From NCBI RefSeq assembly GCF_036321535.1, contig NC_087436.1, positions 14,508,001 through 14,572,000 of the forward strand: a DNA stretch of 64,000 nucleotides, read 5' to 3'. A program made the translations under genes and the position numbers. Below are positions 1-12,975 of the stretch, piece by piece (within the stretch, counting starts at the first letter, position 1; the number at the start of each line of letters is the position of its first letter). The notes under the pieces are model-generated. The model saw nothing but the letters and a program-made list of their open reading frames with translations. It was not told the DNA's origin and ran no database searches. This DNA comes from Camelus dromedarius (Eukaryota).

Positions 1-309
1 GCGTCAGGGGTAAGGGGCAGGGGTGGTTCCCTGCAGAGGCTCAGAGAAGGAGAGTCTCCATCAGGGACCCAGAATGTGGCATGAACCATCTGGACAGAGG
101 TGGCAAAGGTCAAGGATCACATTTCTTTGAAATGACCTACCCTGTACTTGCGACTTCAGCCTGAGTCTCTGACCTCCTCTTCAAGAATGTGAGTTCTTCC
201 TAAAGCTTTTCTGGGTCAAGTCCAAAGGCCTCTTTATTTCCCACGAAGAGAGGGAGAGGTGTTTCTTTAATCCTCTAGCATGAAGCTTTTATGCTGTAGA
301 ACAAGTGTC

Positions 310-560
310 AGCCTAGAAATGAGACAGACCTGAGTGGCATTTTTTAAACAGTTCTCACCACAGACTAGCTATAAGCCCTTAGGTAAGATAGTTAACAAGT
401 TAGGAAACTCAAAGAGCTGCAGTTTCTTAACCTGAAAATAGGGGAAATAATACCTCTTTTGTAGGGTTGTTGTGAGGATTACACAAGATCAAGTTTGTAA
501 AGTTCAAGGCCATTGCTGGGCACCCAATAAATGAAGGCAGTATGTATGTTACTATCTTTC
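310..560 (+). mobile_element. MIR fragment
   Basis: MIR core-like text: cagtttcttaacctgaaaataggggaaataatacct…gggttgttgtgaggatt. Confidence 0.65.
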
Positions 561-1383
561 CATTCCAACGAGCAGTTAAAGGACAACCACAATAGAATTG
601 GCAACTCTTTTAGAACACCAGTGTTGATCAGACTATAAACATTTGGGGGCACATTTACAGAATTTTTCATTCAAGATGGGGTCTTTTGAAAGGCTTTTAT
701 GAAAGTGTGGCATGAAGCTGCTTGGACAGTTATGCTAAAATTCCATGTCAAAATCAAAGGATATGTGTCCAATTTTAATTCTTGAGTGATTCTCAAGCCT
801 AAGTATTATCTAAGCACTTTGCTTTTCTTCCTTTCCACGTCTGCTCTTTAACCTTCGTCTGTTTTATTTAATTTTGGCTTCTCTAATATGGTGAATGTGA
901 ATAAAGTTTGGAACAAGGGCTTAACAATTGTAGACATTTTAGACTTAGAGCTAAAACATACTTTGGGGATAATCCAGTCTAGTATTTTCCAGATGTTACT
1001 CATTCAAAAATAACATGTCACTATTTTATGACATATCCTCATATCATTTACTTAATATTTTTCTTGATGTTGACTGGCTTTTAAAAAACCTTAATACCTG
1101 CTTTACTTCTAAGCTGTAATATTCATAAACATCACAGTTTTATAAGCTAGTAAAGAAATACATAACTTAGAGCAGTTATCCACATACCCCTAAAATCATC
1201 GCACCTACAACCAGTGCTAGGGGTAGCATACTTAGGTAAACACTGATCCCATGCGTTCATTTTATAGATGGAAACACTGAGTCCCAAGAGGTGTGAAGGG
1301 GTGTGTCTTGAGTCTCTCTTTGATTGCAACTCCAATAATAGGCCTAATAACATTGAAGAATTTGGTAATTAAAAACCACCTGG

Positions 1384-2103
1384 GAATGCAGTTTGGTACA
1401 GCCACTAAGGAAAACAGAATGAAGATTCTTCAAAAGACTGAAAATAGACTTACTACATGATCCAGCAATCCCACTTCTGGGTGTATATCCAAAGGGAACT
1501 CTAATTCGAAAAAATACATGCACCCCAATGTTCATAGCAGCACTATATACAATAGCCAAGACATGGAAGTAACCTAAATGTCCACTGACAGATGACTGGA
1601 TAAAAAAGCTGTGGTATATTTATACAATGGAATACTACTCAGCCATAAAAAAAGAATGAAATATTGCCATTTGAAGCAACATGGATGGACCTAGAGATCA
1701 TCATTCTAAGTGAAGTAAGCCAGAAAGAGAAAGAAAAATACCCTATGATATCACTCATATGTGGAATCTAAAAAAAAAAGGATACTGTGAACTCACCCAC
1801 AAAACAGAAACAGACTCCCAGACATAGTAAACAATCTTATGGTTACCGGGGAAAGGGGGTGGGAAGGGATAAATTTGGGAGTTTGAGATTTAGAAATGCT
1901 AGCCACTATATATAAAAATAGATTTTTTTAAAAGTTTCTTCTGTATAGCATAGGGAACTATGTTCAATATCTTATAATAATCTTTAATAAAAAATATTAA
2001 AATAAATATATATATGTATATATATGCATGACTGGGACACTGTGCTGGACACCAAAAATTGACATATTATAACTGATTGTACTTCAATAAAAAATAAATT
2101 TTA
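1384..2103 (+). mobile_element. 5'-truncated L1 (ORF2 C-terminus, 3' UTR, A-tail) with TSD
   Basis: Frame from 1381 reads WECSLVQPLRKTE*RFFKRLKIDLLHDPAIPLLGVYPK…CTPMFIAALYTIAKTWK*PKCPLTDDWIKKLWYIYTMEYYSAIK (L1 ORF2 C-terminus). TSD AAAAACCACCTGG (1371-1383) / AAAAGCCACCTGG (2104-2116). Confidence 0.95.
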
Positions 2104-5100
2104 AAAAGCCACCTGGATATTTCAATTGGATGAACTCCCCCTTTCCACGTTTCCCATATACTCCCCAAGATCCAACAGAATAGGCAAAATAAGGATTGGC
2201 CTTGGTGAAAGAGAAAACACTACGTATTATCTATAGATCCTTTAAAAAAAAAAACCAACACTGAGATGGGTCAAAAGACAGAAAACTAGACTTTGTAACT
2301 TGTTTCTCTCTTGAAACAACTTAAAAATCATCTGAACACAGCCCAAAGCTGAAGCACGTTTATCTCTTTGCTTATACCTGCTGACGGAGTTCATTCTCAC
2401 TGACCAGGTTAAGGTCAGCAGTATTGGCCTCCTTATGACCCTGAATGCCTTGTTCATTGAAACCCAAGTGTTAGTTCCTGTTTGCACCATTGTACCTTGT
2501 TAGGGAAGGTATTTCTATTCTCCAGAGAGTGAACAATAAGCTACTGTATGTTTGGTCTCTAGAGTTCATTTCTTCATGTTTTCATTAGTTTTATTCATAA
2601 GATCCTATTAGAGTCAATTGTTAAATTGCTGGAAACGTCCCCAACAAAGGACAAAAAGGTTCTTCTATAAAACAAGAACAGCCCAGCCCCTGCCCAGACT
2701 TGAAGGACCATAAATTAATGTAATAAATTGCAGAATATAAACAAGTAACTTTTCCTCCTACCCTCCTAGGAGCCTGGGATTCGTGAGTCCACGTCCGAAA
2801 GTAGGTCAATAGCATAGAGAAAAAAAAATTCTACTAAATACTAGTTGGAGTTCACTGCTTTGAAAAATTGTTCTCCCACCTAGTTAAATCAGAGTCCATT
2901 ATGTTCATTTTGCTGGATTCAGGTTATCACACATAACCTGAAATAATTGAAATGATTGTTACATGCATTAATAACATCTCCTTTGAGATATTCCTGTTTT
3001 TTTTTTAAAGTTCTCCTTCCACTTCCGGGGTTTATGGTAAGAAGGACATTCCTCAGTTTACTCTCCAGGTTTCATTTGACACAATTCCATTGCAGAGTTA
3101 CATTTCCCTAGTGTTTTCCTAGAATCCCCTTGTCTCTGTTTTGAATTCAAGGAAGCATTTGAATATTTAATCTATTTTGATTCGTCATTACAAAAAATAC
3201 ATTATCCAAAAAGTTGCATAATTGGAAAGTATGCCTGATTATGTCATTTCTAACCAAGAACATAAAAGGAAATACACCACTTAATTATTTATTAAAAATT
3301 AAGTATTCAGGAGGGTTAGTCACTAACAAAAGACAGAAACACAAGCAATTCTATGTCAAGTGAGAAATTTGAGCATGTTCATTGGAGTCTTAATCTTTTA
3401 TGAATCGTACAATTTAAAATAAAGCGACATGGGGGGAAATTACAATAGAGTGAAGAAAGGAGGCAATTTTAGGGAATTACAATGTATTGAAAACACATGG
3501 CAAATACTTCCCTCAATACTGATGGCTGGGATCAAGCCATATTCTATGTGAGCTTCACATTGTTTTTCCATCCTACATTCCAGCAAAGTCTGAAAAAAAG
3601 CAGAGTAAGGAGGCAGGGATGGAAATGTTGCAAAAATATTTGTTTTACAGGACAATGGATGTTTATCTTTTTTTTAAATTGAATCTTCCCTAACAGACAG
3701 CTGCTTAATGGCCCTCACTCACTCCCTCTTCCCCTCGTCTTTTGTGATTTTTGCCCACAGCAATCCCCTAAAACTGCTAGAGTGGCTTTTGCTATTGCTG
3801 TTCTTTGAATTTTTAAAAGCAAATGGCCAACCATCTCTCTAACATACTGGTAGAGTGTTCCCAGAACAGTTATTAGCCCCTCTATTACACATCGATGCTT
3901 AGTTCATTCCATGAACTTCAAGACAACTTCCAACTGCTTATTTGCTTTTAGCACTTTTCCCTGCAAACTCAGAAGCCAGCTGCCATTCCCTTTATACCCT
4001 TAAAATTAGCTGGGAGAGTATAAAATGATGAAGGATCTAAGGAAAGGGCCCCACCCCTCCAGGATCCATCCCTTCCCATTGCACCCATGGAAGCATTTCC
4101 TTAAGAACTAAAGGATCCTCCAGGGCCCCCTCCCCTGCCTGGGCTGCAGCCCCGGCCTAGGGCACCTGCAGTCCTAAGAACACACCTGCCAGGCTATGTC
4201 AGCCTCAGTAACTTGCATTTATAAACAAGACAGAGGATGAGACCTCTGACTTGGAACCAAGAGTAATGCTCTGACCAAGAGTCATTGCCTTTGTGAATTG
4301 TGTAATTTTAAATAAGCAACATGGGGGCATTACAAAGAGTGAAGGAAGAAGGCAATTTGGGGCATGATGGTGTATTGAAAACACATGGCAAAAATTTCCT
4401 TCGATGCTGAGGTATGGAATCAAACCTCTATGGTTATCCTTCTGGCCCCTTGAGCTGGACATGTTTTTCATCCACTCCTGCAACACGCATCTGGACACTT
4501 GGGCTACAAGCTTTACCTTCTTGCCCACTCAAGACCCTAAGTTTCAGTAGCTAGTTTGCCTGCCCAGAGGCCACGCTTTGCCATTCCCTCCATGTCAGTC
4601 AGATGCCTCCCTCTCCTTCCTCCTGAGTGTGGCCCCTTTCATGGTTTCCCAAGCTAGACCAGCGTGGATGGTGTCACCATGGGACACCCTCAGTCCTGGT
4701 TCTCTCCAGCCTGTGCTTCCCCCAACTTCCTAAAACCCTGTACTGACTCCTCTCCAGTTCCCAAATTTAGGAGTTAAGGAATCCAAAGGGAGATTAAAAT
4801 TCTGACCCCAACTTTAAAAAAACTAATTTTGTTAAAAATGTGAAAAATGTAAAGTACTTAGGTAATCAATATCCTCAAAAGTTGTCGTTTACTTAGAGGA
4901 ACTAATAGTTCAAGCCAATGAGAATTTCTTAGTACTGCATTTTAGAGGGAAAGTGATCAGATCTTCGGTCTGAGATGAGAAAGTAGAGAGAAGGTGAGAA
5001 AGGCCAGAAAATACAAAAACGGTTGGAAAGATGAAAAGATGGGAGGTATTTATTTGTGAGAAGAAACTCATTTGCAGCTTCTTGACACCCTTTAGGAAAG

Positions 5101-5489
5101 TGATGCTATAACAGATGCATTGGATTGGATTGTCCTCTTATTTCTTCTGTTCAGTAAATACTAGTGGACCAGTCCTGCCCGCCCCCCAAAAAAAGGGCTG
5201 TGAAGAGTGTATTCATTCTAGTGCTCACTGAGGGTGGGTCAGGCAGTGCCTTAGAAGGCATATCATGGAGATAAGGGAGAGTTTCTTGAGAGTCTCCAGA
5301 CCAGTATTTCCCAACACCCGTATTTCCTCTCCTGGCCTCAGAATGGCCCAGCTCAAGTTGTCAAAGGATAAGTCATGGACTGTCCCCACTCTGAGACCCA
5401 GTAATTCCACTCTGAAGAACATACTTCAAGGTCAAAGAAAAAAGTTATCTTCCACACACTTGTTCATAGCAGCATTACTCACATGGTAG

Positions 5490-6220
5490 TGACATCTTTT
5501 AGGGGTCAGCCCAGCCCATGAACTTGTCTAATCTAGGAATTCCTGCCCCTCCTCCCCCACATGGGCCCTGGCATCCTTGTATGTACTGGATAATTCCACC
5601 TCCTGATCTACAACTCAGCCGGGGATGGATTTAATGCAAGCTGGGATGTGGAACTAGAATGCAGAATCCCAGGTGAGTCTCAATAGCAGATGGTCAGGGA
5701 GTAAAATAAGCTCGAGCTATGGGATAACTCTGTTCCCCTACAAGGAATGACAATCAGGGCAAGGGAAAGAACAATGAAGCAGATTCACCAAGAAATACAG
5801 AAATAAACAGAGGATGGACTGACAACTTTCTGGCTTCTTCCAGACACTCAAACTACATTTTTACCCTTTGACTCCATGACACACCCTTCTACCTTTTTAA
5901 TAAACTTTTCAACTTTTTTTTTAACATTTTTTATTGATTTATAATCATTTTACAATGTTGTGTCGAATTCCAGTGTTTAGCACAATTTTTCAGTCACACA
6001 TGGACATATACACACTCATTGTCACATTTTTTTCTCTGTGAGCTACCATAACGTTTTGTGTATATCTCCCTGTGCTATACAGTATAATCTTGTTTATCTA
6101 TTCTACAATTTTGAAATCCCAGTCTATCCCTTCCCACCCTCCGGCCCCCTGGATAACCCTTTCAACTTAAAGTAACTTGAATCACTTTTTGTTGGTCATA
6201 ACCAGAGTCTTAACTGAGAC
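5490..6220 (+). mobile_element. Old ERVL-type solo LTR (LTR33-like), interrupted by an L1 fragment
   Basis: LTR-like 3' end: aataaac…aagtaacttgaatc…aaccagagtcttaactgagaca. Confidence 0.45.
5916..6152 (-). mobile_element. Lineage-type L1 3' end with TSD
   Basis: Poly-T, then ttattg and L1 3' UTR. TSD ATAAACTTTTCAACTT (5900-5915) / ATAACCCTTTCAACTT (6153-6168). Confidence 0.88.
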
Positions 6221-6960
6221 AGCATAATAATAAAAAAAAAAATCAGAAACAACTCAACCCCAAATAAGAAAATGATTAAATGAATTACTACATTAGCAAA
6301 ATTGAACATCTTTGAAAGTGAGGAGGTTTCAGATTATCTACATGGAAAAATTCAGGCCATAAAGCAGAATGAATATACTGCTTACCACTTTTAAACTGTA
6401 GATTTAGTAGTCAACAGAGACTGGGAAAGTACACAAAGTAACATAAACACTTACTAAGTGTATGGAATTTCTGGAAACATTGTCTATACAATATCTTTAA
6501 AGTAAAATTTAGATCCCTGACATTTTGAAATAGTGACTTCATATCTCACTTCAAATCTTTCCCAGAATATTCATGATTCTGTTAGAGATATTTCCCATCA
6601 GCCTTGACCTAAACTATGAAAGTTGTTCTTGAGAGGCCTGGGAGGGCAGAAATGCCAAGGTCCATGCACATGAAAGAAACAGGGGATGTCTGGAGATAAA
6701 GAGAAATATGATTTTTCCGTGTCTAAGAAATAGATGGGATCACCTTAGGCTTTTTGGTATGTTCAACCTTTAAAAATTTTAAATACAACTTAAAAATAAA
6801 AATTGTAGAATTCCTGGGCCTTAGCCTTTTTATTCTCAATTAACTACTCCCATGTTACACATAATAAATAATGGACATTTTTCATTATGCGCTTGGCTGT
6901 GGCATGGGGGCAAATAATTCTAAGAACTTTTATTATTGCATCTGATCTTTGATACATCTT

Positions 6961-7190
6961 TAAAATTTTTTTATTGAAATAGTCAGTTACAATGTGTCAA
7001 TTTCTGGCATACAGCATAATGTCCCAGTCATGCGTATATATACATATATTCATTTTTCATATTCCTTTTCATTAAAGATTATTACAAGATATTGAATATA
7101 GCTCCTATATTTGTTTTTTAATCTATTTTTATATATAGTGGTTAACATTTGCAAATCTCAAACTCACAAATTTATCCCTTTCCAACCACT
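6961..7190 (-). mobile_element. L1 3' end fragment, same family as the 1384-2103 copy
   Basis: Reverse complement of the 3' UTR at ~1860-2095 (aatgtcccagtcatgc…aagatattgaa…gcaaatctcaaactc). Confidence 0.9.
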
Positions 7191-7191
7191 T

Positions 7192-7327
7192 TTTAAAATT
7201 ATTTTATTTCTTTCTTGGAGGGGAGGTAAATAAGTGTATTTACTTTTTAGTGGAGGTACTGGGGATTGAACCCAAGACCTCGTGCATGCTAAGCGTGTGC
7301 TCTACCACTGAGCTTTACCCTTGCCCC
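7192..7327 (-). mobile_element. tRNA-derived SINE (camelid Vic-1-like)
   Basis: ggaggtactggggattgaacccaagacctcgtgcatgctaagc…ctctaccactgagct, the reverse complement of a tRNA-like head with A and B boxes. Confidence 0.9.
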
Positions 7328-7829
7328 TTTTGATACGTCTTGATGTAAGCTTACGCATATGTACAGAAAACCCATTACAGTTATGTTTTTGCTTTGGCAG
7401 CTTTAACAATGACCCAGTGCAAGTTTATCCTTTATGATTATGAGCGCTATCATAACAAACACTCCTTGTAACTTTTTTCTTTCTTCTTTTTTCACCCAAG
7501 AGATTTTCTAAGGTTAGGTGTTGGCAAAACCTGTCATTATAATTTCTGAAAATCAAGGCTAGGGTGACTGAAATTATTCACAAAAATGACAAGAAGTTAG
7601 TGGGTTCTAAAGATCATATGACTTTTTTCCATCTGTGTCTTAATCAATCAAACAATATAAATACATTACAGAAAGTTTGGAAAATACAAAAAAAGGTGAA
7701 AGAAATCAGAGATAATCAATTCCCATCACTTCAGTGTTATAAATGTGATAGATTTTCTCATGTGTTTATTGTTTTCTAGTTGTAATTGGTGTGCATGCAA
7801 GTTTTTATTCTGATTTTCCTTCATTCTAA

Positions 7830-8320
7830 AACAGAAGGCAAATAAATAAGACAATTTAAGATAGACATTGATAATGTCAAGTCAGCAAAAGAGAGTAATG
7901 TAGAGTCAGGAAAAGTATCACAGAAGTGTCATTTGAGATGGGACCTGACTGACAAGAAGGAATCAGCCTTGTGAAGGTCTGGGCCAAGCAATCCTCACGC
8001 ACGAGACAGCAAGTGAGAGGACCTGGGACAGAAATAGACTTTAAGGACTAGAAAGGTGGCCAGCGTGGATACAGTAGATGAGCCAGAGAAGCATGGAGGG
8101 AGATGAGTTGAGGGAAGGATGCTCTGTCTGTGTGTGTGTGTGTGTGTGTGGGTGTGAGAGAGAAAGAGAGAGAGAGAACAAGAGTGAGGAGGAGATCCTG
8201 TGGGACCTCATGGGATATGGTAAGAAGATTATTTCTTGATCTAGGAGCTATGTGAAGCTATGATGAGATTTTCAACAGGGAAGTGACATGTCTGATCTAG
8301 ATTTTAAAGAGTACTCTGGT
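7830..8320 (+). mobile_element. L2 fragment (read on + strand) containing a (TG)n(GA)n microsatellite at ~8128-8178
   Basis: L2-like text: gtcatttgagatgggacctga…ttttcaacagggaagtgacatg…gattttaaa. Confidence 0.6.
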
Positions 8321-8869
8321 CACCAAAGATACTGTACAGAAATTATTTCTGCATGAATGAGGACACAAATGCTTAGGACTGAATCCCACCTCAAATCAGC
8401 AACACCATTCCAAACCATGTGTCAAGAATGCTCATATGAGTGGGAGTTATAGGGGCTTTAGGTAGGGCTGTATCCAGGGGGCTGGAGGATGTCCTCAGAT
8501 CTTTCTTTTCTCTTCAATTAATTCTGCTTTTCTTTCTATGTTGTCTTCACACTCTCTTCTGCCCTTCAGTGGGGTTACAGCTGCCAATAACCCAAGGTCA
8601 TCCAAAAGGAAGATCTACCTTCATTTTGGAAAAATCTGGAAAAGGACTCAAATTGGTCAGACAAGAAAAATGTTTCCTTTCTTTGGCCAATTACCATGCA
8701 CAGGGGGATGTTAGGTTGGGCCATCCTGACACACATCCCACCAGAATCATACAAGATTGAGACAATTCTCCAAAGGAAAGGGATGCTGTTATGAGAAGGA
8801 GATTGGTAAGCAGAGGGGAACAAAACCCCAAATAGCAGCTGCCCAGCATGGTCCTTCATAGTGAATCTT

Positions 8870-10460
8870 TTTTTTTTTTGGTTGAATAATATTCCACCAT
8901 ATGTATATTTCATCCATTCAGTTTTTTTCCTTCAAAGTATCATTTGCCAAGTTCTATACTTTGCTGAAACAGTTCCTACTTTTTATATAATTTGGTTGTT
9001 TCCAATCTTTTATAATTGTAAACAAATATTCTATGTTTGTCCTTGTGCATATGGCTTTTTCCATAGTTTCTGTTTTCTTCATCTCCAGAAAAGGGACTAT
9101 GTTAGGGCATGAGATCATTTTTTCCCTCTTGATACATTTTGTCAAATTTATTACTTTCTAAAAGGTTGTGTCCATGTGAAATTTCACTAGTAATGCAAAA
9201 GCATATCCATTTTTCTGTCCCCTCTACATTAATGAGTATCATCACTTTTTAATATTGCCAATAGGTAGAAATGATATAAATTCATTTCATTTGCTGCTTT
9301 TAAAATCACAACCACTAGTGAAAATTTTTTGTTTCAAACTAGCTGTAGCATCTCTTCTGTAAATGTTTTGCGCATGCCCTTTTTCTAATTTATCTGTTAG
9401 AGTCTTAGCAATTTTTACATTTATTTATCTGAACTCTTAAAAGTTTTTAGTCCCTTCCCATAAGTGATTGTGTTTCCTAGTTTGCTGTTTGCCTTCTTAT
9501 TTTAACTTTCGAAATAATGTTTGTTTCTGTGTTGTTAAATTTTTCATTTCTTCTATTGTTTTCAAACTTAGAAATTCATCCTTTTTCCAGAGACTTGAAA
9601 ATTTTTTAATTCTATTTTCTTTTAGTGTATCTAAAGCTTGATTTTTCTTTTTTATCTCTTTATATATTCTAAAAGTTACTTTTTTAATTTGAATCATGTA
9701 CATTTTTAATTGACTTTGAATCTATCTATAAACTATTTAGCAACCTAATTGGGATGATAAAATATTTACATACAGAAAGGTAATTAAATATACAGTACAT
9801 GATAGATGTCTTACAAGAGTGGTCAATCCATTGACTTCATTTACTCTCCACTATATTAAAAAATCAATAAAAATAACTATAATTTATAAGTACCCTACAT
9901 GTGCCAACCAGTCCTTTTTTTTTAATGTACTCTTTTTTTTTTAATTGAAGTACAGTCAATTACAATGTGTCAATCTCTGGTGTGTAGCACAATGTCCCAG
10001 TCATGCATATACATACCTATATTTGTTTTCATATTTTTTCCATTAAAGGTTATTACAAGATATTGAAAAATTTAATTTTTATTTGTGATGAGAGATGAAG
10101 ATATGAGTTGATTTTTCTCCCAGTTGCTAGCTGTTCAGTCCATTACAATTTATGGAATGATCTTTCCTTCCCAACTGATTTGTGATACAACATTTAATAT
10201 GTATTTTATACATATTAGAATCCATTTACAGTCTATTGTCTTAGAGATTTGTCAAATCAATCCTTATACCAGCACCACAAAGTTTTAATTTTTATTGCTT
10301 TATGTTTAGTATCTGATGAGGCTAGCTCTCCACCTCATTTTTCTTTAGAATAGCCATGTTGTTTTCGTTTGCTTGCTCTTCCAGATGAAGGCTAGGATAA
10401 CATCCAAGTGAAAAAAAAAAAAAAGATCCTATTGAGCTGTTGATTGAAACTGCATGAACT
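8870..10460 (-). mobile_element. Old, highly decayed L1 (L1M/L1ME-like) fragments
   Basis: ttgaataatattcca…ttggttgttttccaatc…; ataccagcaccacaaagttttaatttttattgcttt. Confidence 0.6.
9932..10067 (-). mobile_element. Lineage-type L1 3' end
   Basis: tttttaattgaagtacagtcaattacaatgtgtcaat…aatgtcccagtcatgcatata…aagatattgaa. Confidence 0.88.
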
Positions 10461-10974
10461 TTAAGAGAGGAAACTTATGGAAAAGATCCAATTGCTAGAG
10501 TCAGAGTTCCCTGCCATCAAGTAGATCAGGGCTCTGGTATCTTGTTCTCCTCTGTCCAGTTAGCGTCCTCTTTTTAAGAACAAAATTCATTTACATGAAG
10601 AAGAAACTTCCTGTTCTTGTGGAGTTATTATTTAAACTCTGCTTTTTAGGAAACACTTCTGTTGTGGCTGATCTCAGAATTCAAGGTAGGACATAAATAA
10701 TCAGTGGGCTTTTAAGCTAAAATTCCTATACTTATTGTGGTCTTTTTTAAGTTATAGTGTTTATATATTTTTTTCAGCACTTAAAAAAAGAGACTTAGAG
10801 GTTCAGGATGGAAATCTGTTTCATTCATTAAATTTATTGTACTTCTCAAATTTATTTGGAAGTATGAGGGTCATGTGTCACTTGTTTGTATAGCTAGCCA
10901 TTTGGTTTGCTTAATCATTTATGAGTTTATTATAGAGAGTAAGATCTGAAATCTTTACTCACTAATCCTTAGTT

Positions 10975-11058
10975 TTCAGCTGCAGATCTCAAATTATATG
11001 AATGGTGCCCCCTAGAGTTGTGCAGTGTGTAACTCACACGGCCGTATGTTAAAGCCTT
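10975..11058. mobile_element. MER91-like hAT fragment carrying a CTCF-like motif
   Basis: atggtgccccctagagttgtgcagtgtgtaactcacacggccgtatg resembles the MER91 terminus. Confidence 0.55.
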
Positions 11059-12489
11059 GGTGATAACCATCTGCTGAACTTGAAAGCAAGTGTATATATT
11101 TCCAGACTTCCAAGGTCACACCAAGTGTTGAACTATAACCTAAAATTATTTAGGCACTTTCCTAGGTGCCTCTTAGACAACCTGTATTTTTTCTAGGGAG
11201 GAAAGAAATGATGGTGATAATGTACCAGTAACTTCTGTTTTCATAACCTCATTTTATCTTCATTGTAACTGTGTGTTGTGAAAGACAGGTATTATTAAGC
11301 CCCTACATTAGATACGTGGAAAATGAGGTTCAGGTGGACTGTGTGACCTTCCAGGCTATTAAGTAATAGAACTGAGCCTTCTGACTGTAACGCCCCATCT
11401 CCACATTATTTCCTTGTATAGAGATATTCAAAGAATGCCCCCCATCTGTTGTAGTCTAAAACTTTAAGACATTTTTTCCACATTTGGAATCTTGGGAAAT
11501 TGTGTGTGGGTTTCTTTTAAAATCCACCTTGAGTAGGTTATAGCTCCCAAATGCTATATTCAAGTTTGGGCTCTCCTTGTGTAGGGTAGGATTTAGGGAA
11601 AATTGTATTGCTTTCCTTGGCGTCAACTTTCTTTATCACTTGATGAATTGCAATTGGTGGACAAATAAAACCGGCTTAAAATATACACTCAGGCCAGATT
11701 TGAAGAATAAAGGAAGTAACAAAAGGTCAGCCAGAGGAGTGGGTGTGGAAGTAGGAAGGGGCAGTACTATGTCTGCTTTTTTGGTGATGAGGAAGATGTC
11801 CTAATTGTGTAAGTCTGTGTTTTGCTTTGTTTTGTTTTAAGCATCAAATAAGACACCTTTTTCTCCCCTCCCTCCCATGGCTGTATTCAATTGACTATAA
11901 CTTGCAGATCTTTAGAAAAAATATAGCGTGCACGTGTGTGTGTGTGTGTCTGGGTGACTACATCTTGTCTCCTCCGATGATTCACAAAATTATACACAAG
12001 CTGTCTGGCTGCTACAGGAGATCTTAATTTTGCATCCACCGTCCACTTATATGCAATATGGACTGTTTCACCTTCACTTTTATTGAGGTGCTTTCTCTGT
12101 CTTTATACCTAGTCTTTGAACTTCTGTTTGTGTCCCAATCAACTTTATTTGGATTCCTACTTAATTGTCATACTCCCAAAGTTTTTCTTTTTCTTTTTCT
12201 TTCTTTGGCAGGTAAACATTTTCTCTCCTGAAGAATGTTGTGGTCAAGAGAATAAAAAAGTCTTCTTTGTAGTTCTCAGAATAAGGAGCAGTTTCTTTTC
12301 TTGCTGCACTGCACACTGCCCAGCAGGGCTTTAGTTGGCACTCAGTGGATATTTATTTACTCAACCTAAAATAGATTCTAAAGAATGTTACCTCAAATAT
12401 CACATTCATTCATTCATCTACTTGCTGCAGCTCCTTTAATACTATGCTGGAGTGCAAGTCAGGGACACAATAAAGCTTCACGGACTTTT

Positions 12490-12975
12490 TTTTTAATTAA
12501 TAGATTTCATTCTTTTAAAGCAGCTTTAGATTTACAGTAAAATGAGCCTAAAGTACAGAGAGTTCTCGTATATCCTCTTCCCTCTCCCCAGTTTCCCCTA
12601 TTATTAACATCTTTCATTAGTGTGATGCATTTGTTATAATGCATGAGCCAATAGTACTACATTCTTATTAACTGAAGTCCATAGTTTACATTAGGCTTCA
12701 ATCTTTGTACTGCATGTTCTGTGGGTTTTGGCAAATATATGACTTATATCCACTGTTAGAATATCATAAGGAATAGTTTCTCTGCCCTAAAAATCCTCGG
12801 TGTTCCACCCATTTATCCCTCCCTCCTGCCTTCCCTCAGGCCCTTGACAAACCAGTGATCTTTTACTGTCTCTCTCTAGTTTTCCCTTTTCCGGAAGATC
12901 GTAGTGTTGGAATCACAATATGTACGCTTTTCAAGCTGGCTTCTTTCACTTAGCAATATGAATTTAAGGTTCCTC
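12490..12975 (-). mobile_element. L1MC-like 3' UTR
   Basis: gcagctttagatttacag…aaagtacagagagttc…tattaactgaagtccatagtttacattagg…ggcttctttcacttagcaatatg. Confidence 0.85.

Noticed and set aside
12182..12217. Polypyrimidine-CAG|GTAAAC recursive-splice-like motif
   Set aside because: It lies upstream of the promoter with no supported + strand transcript. It shows such motifs arise by chance, which tempers the 40133 candidate.
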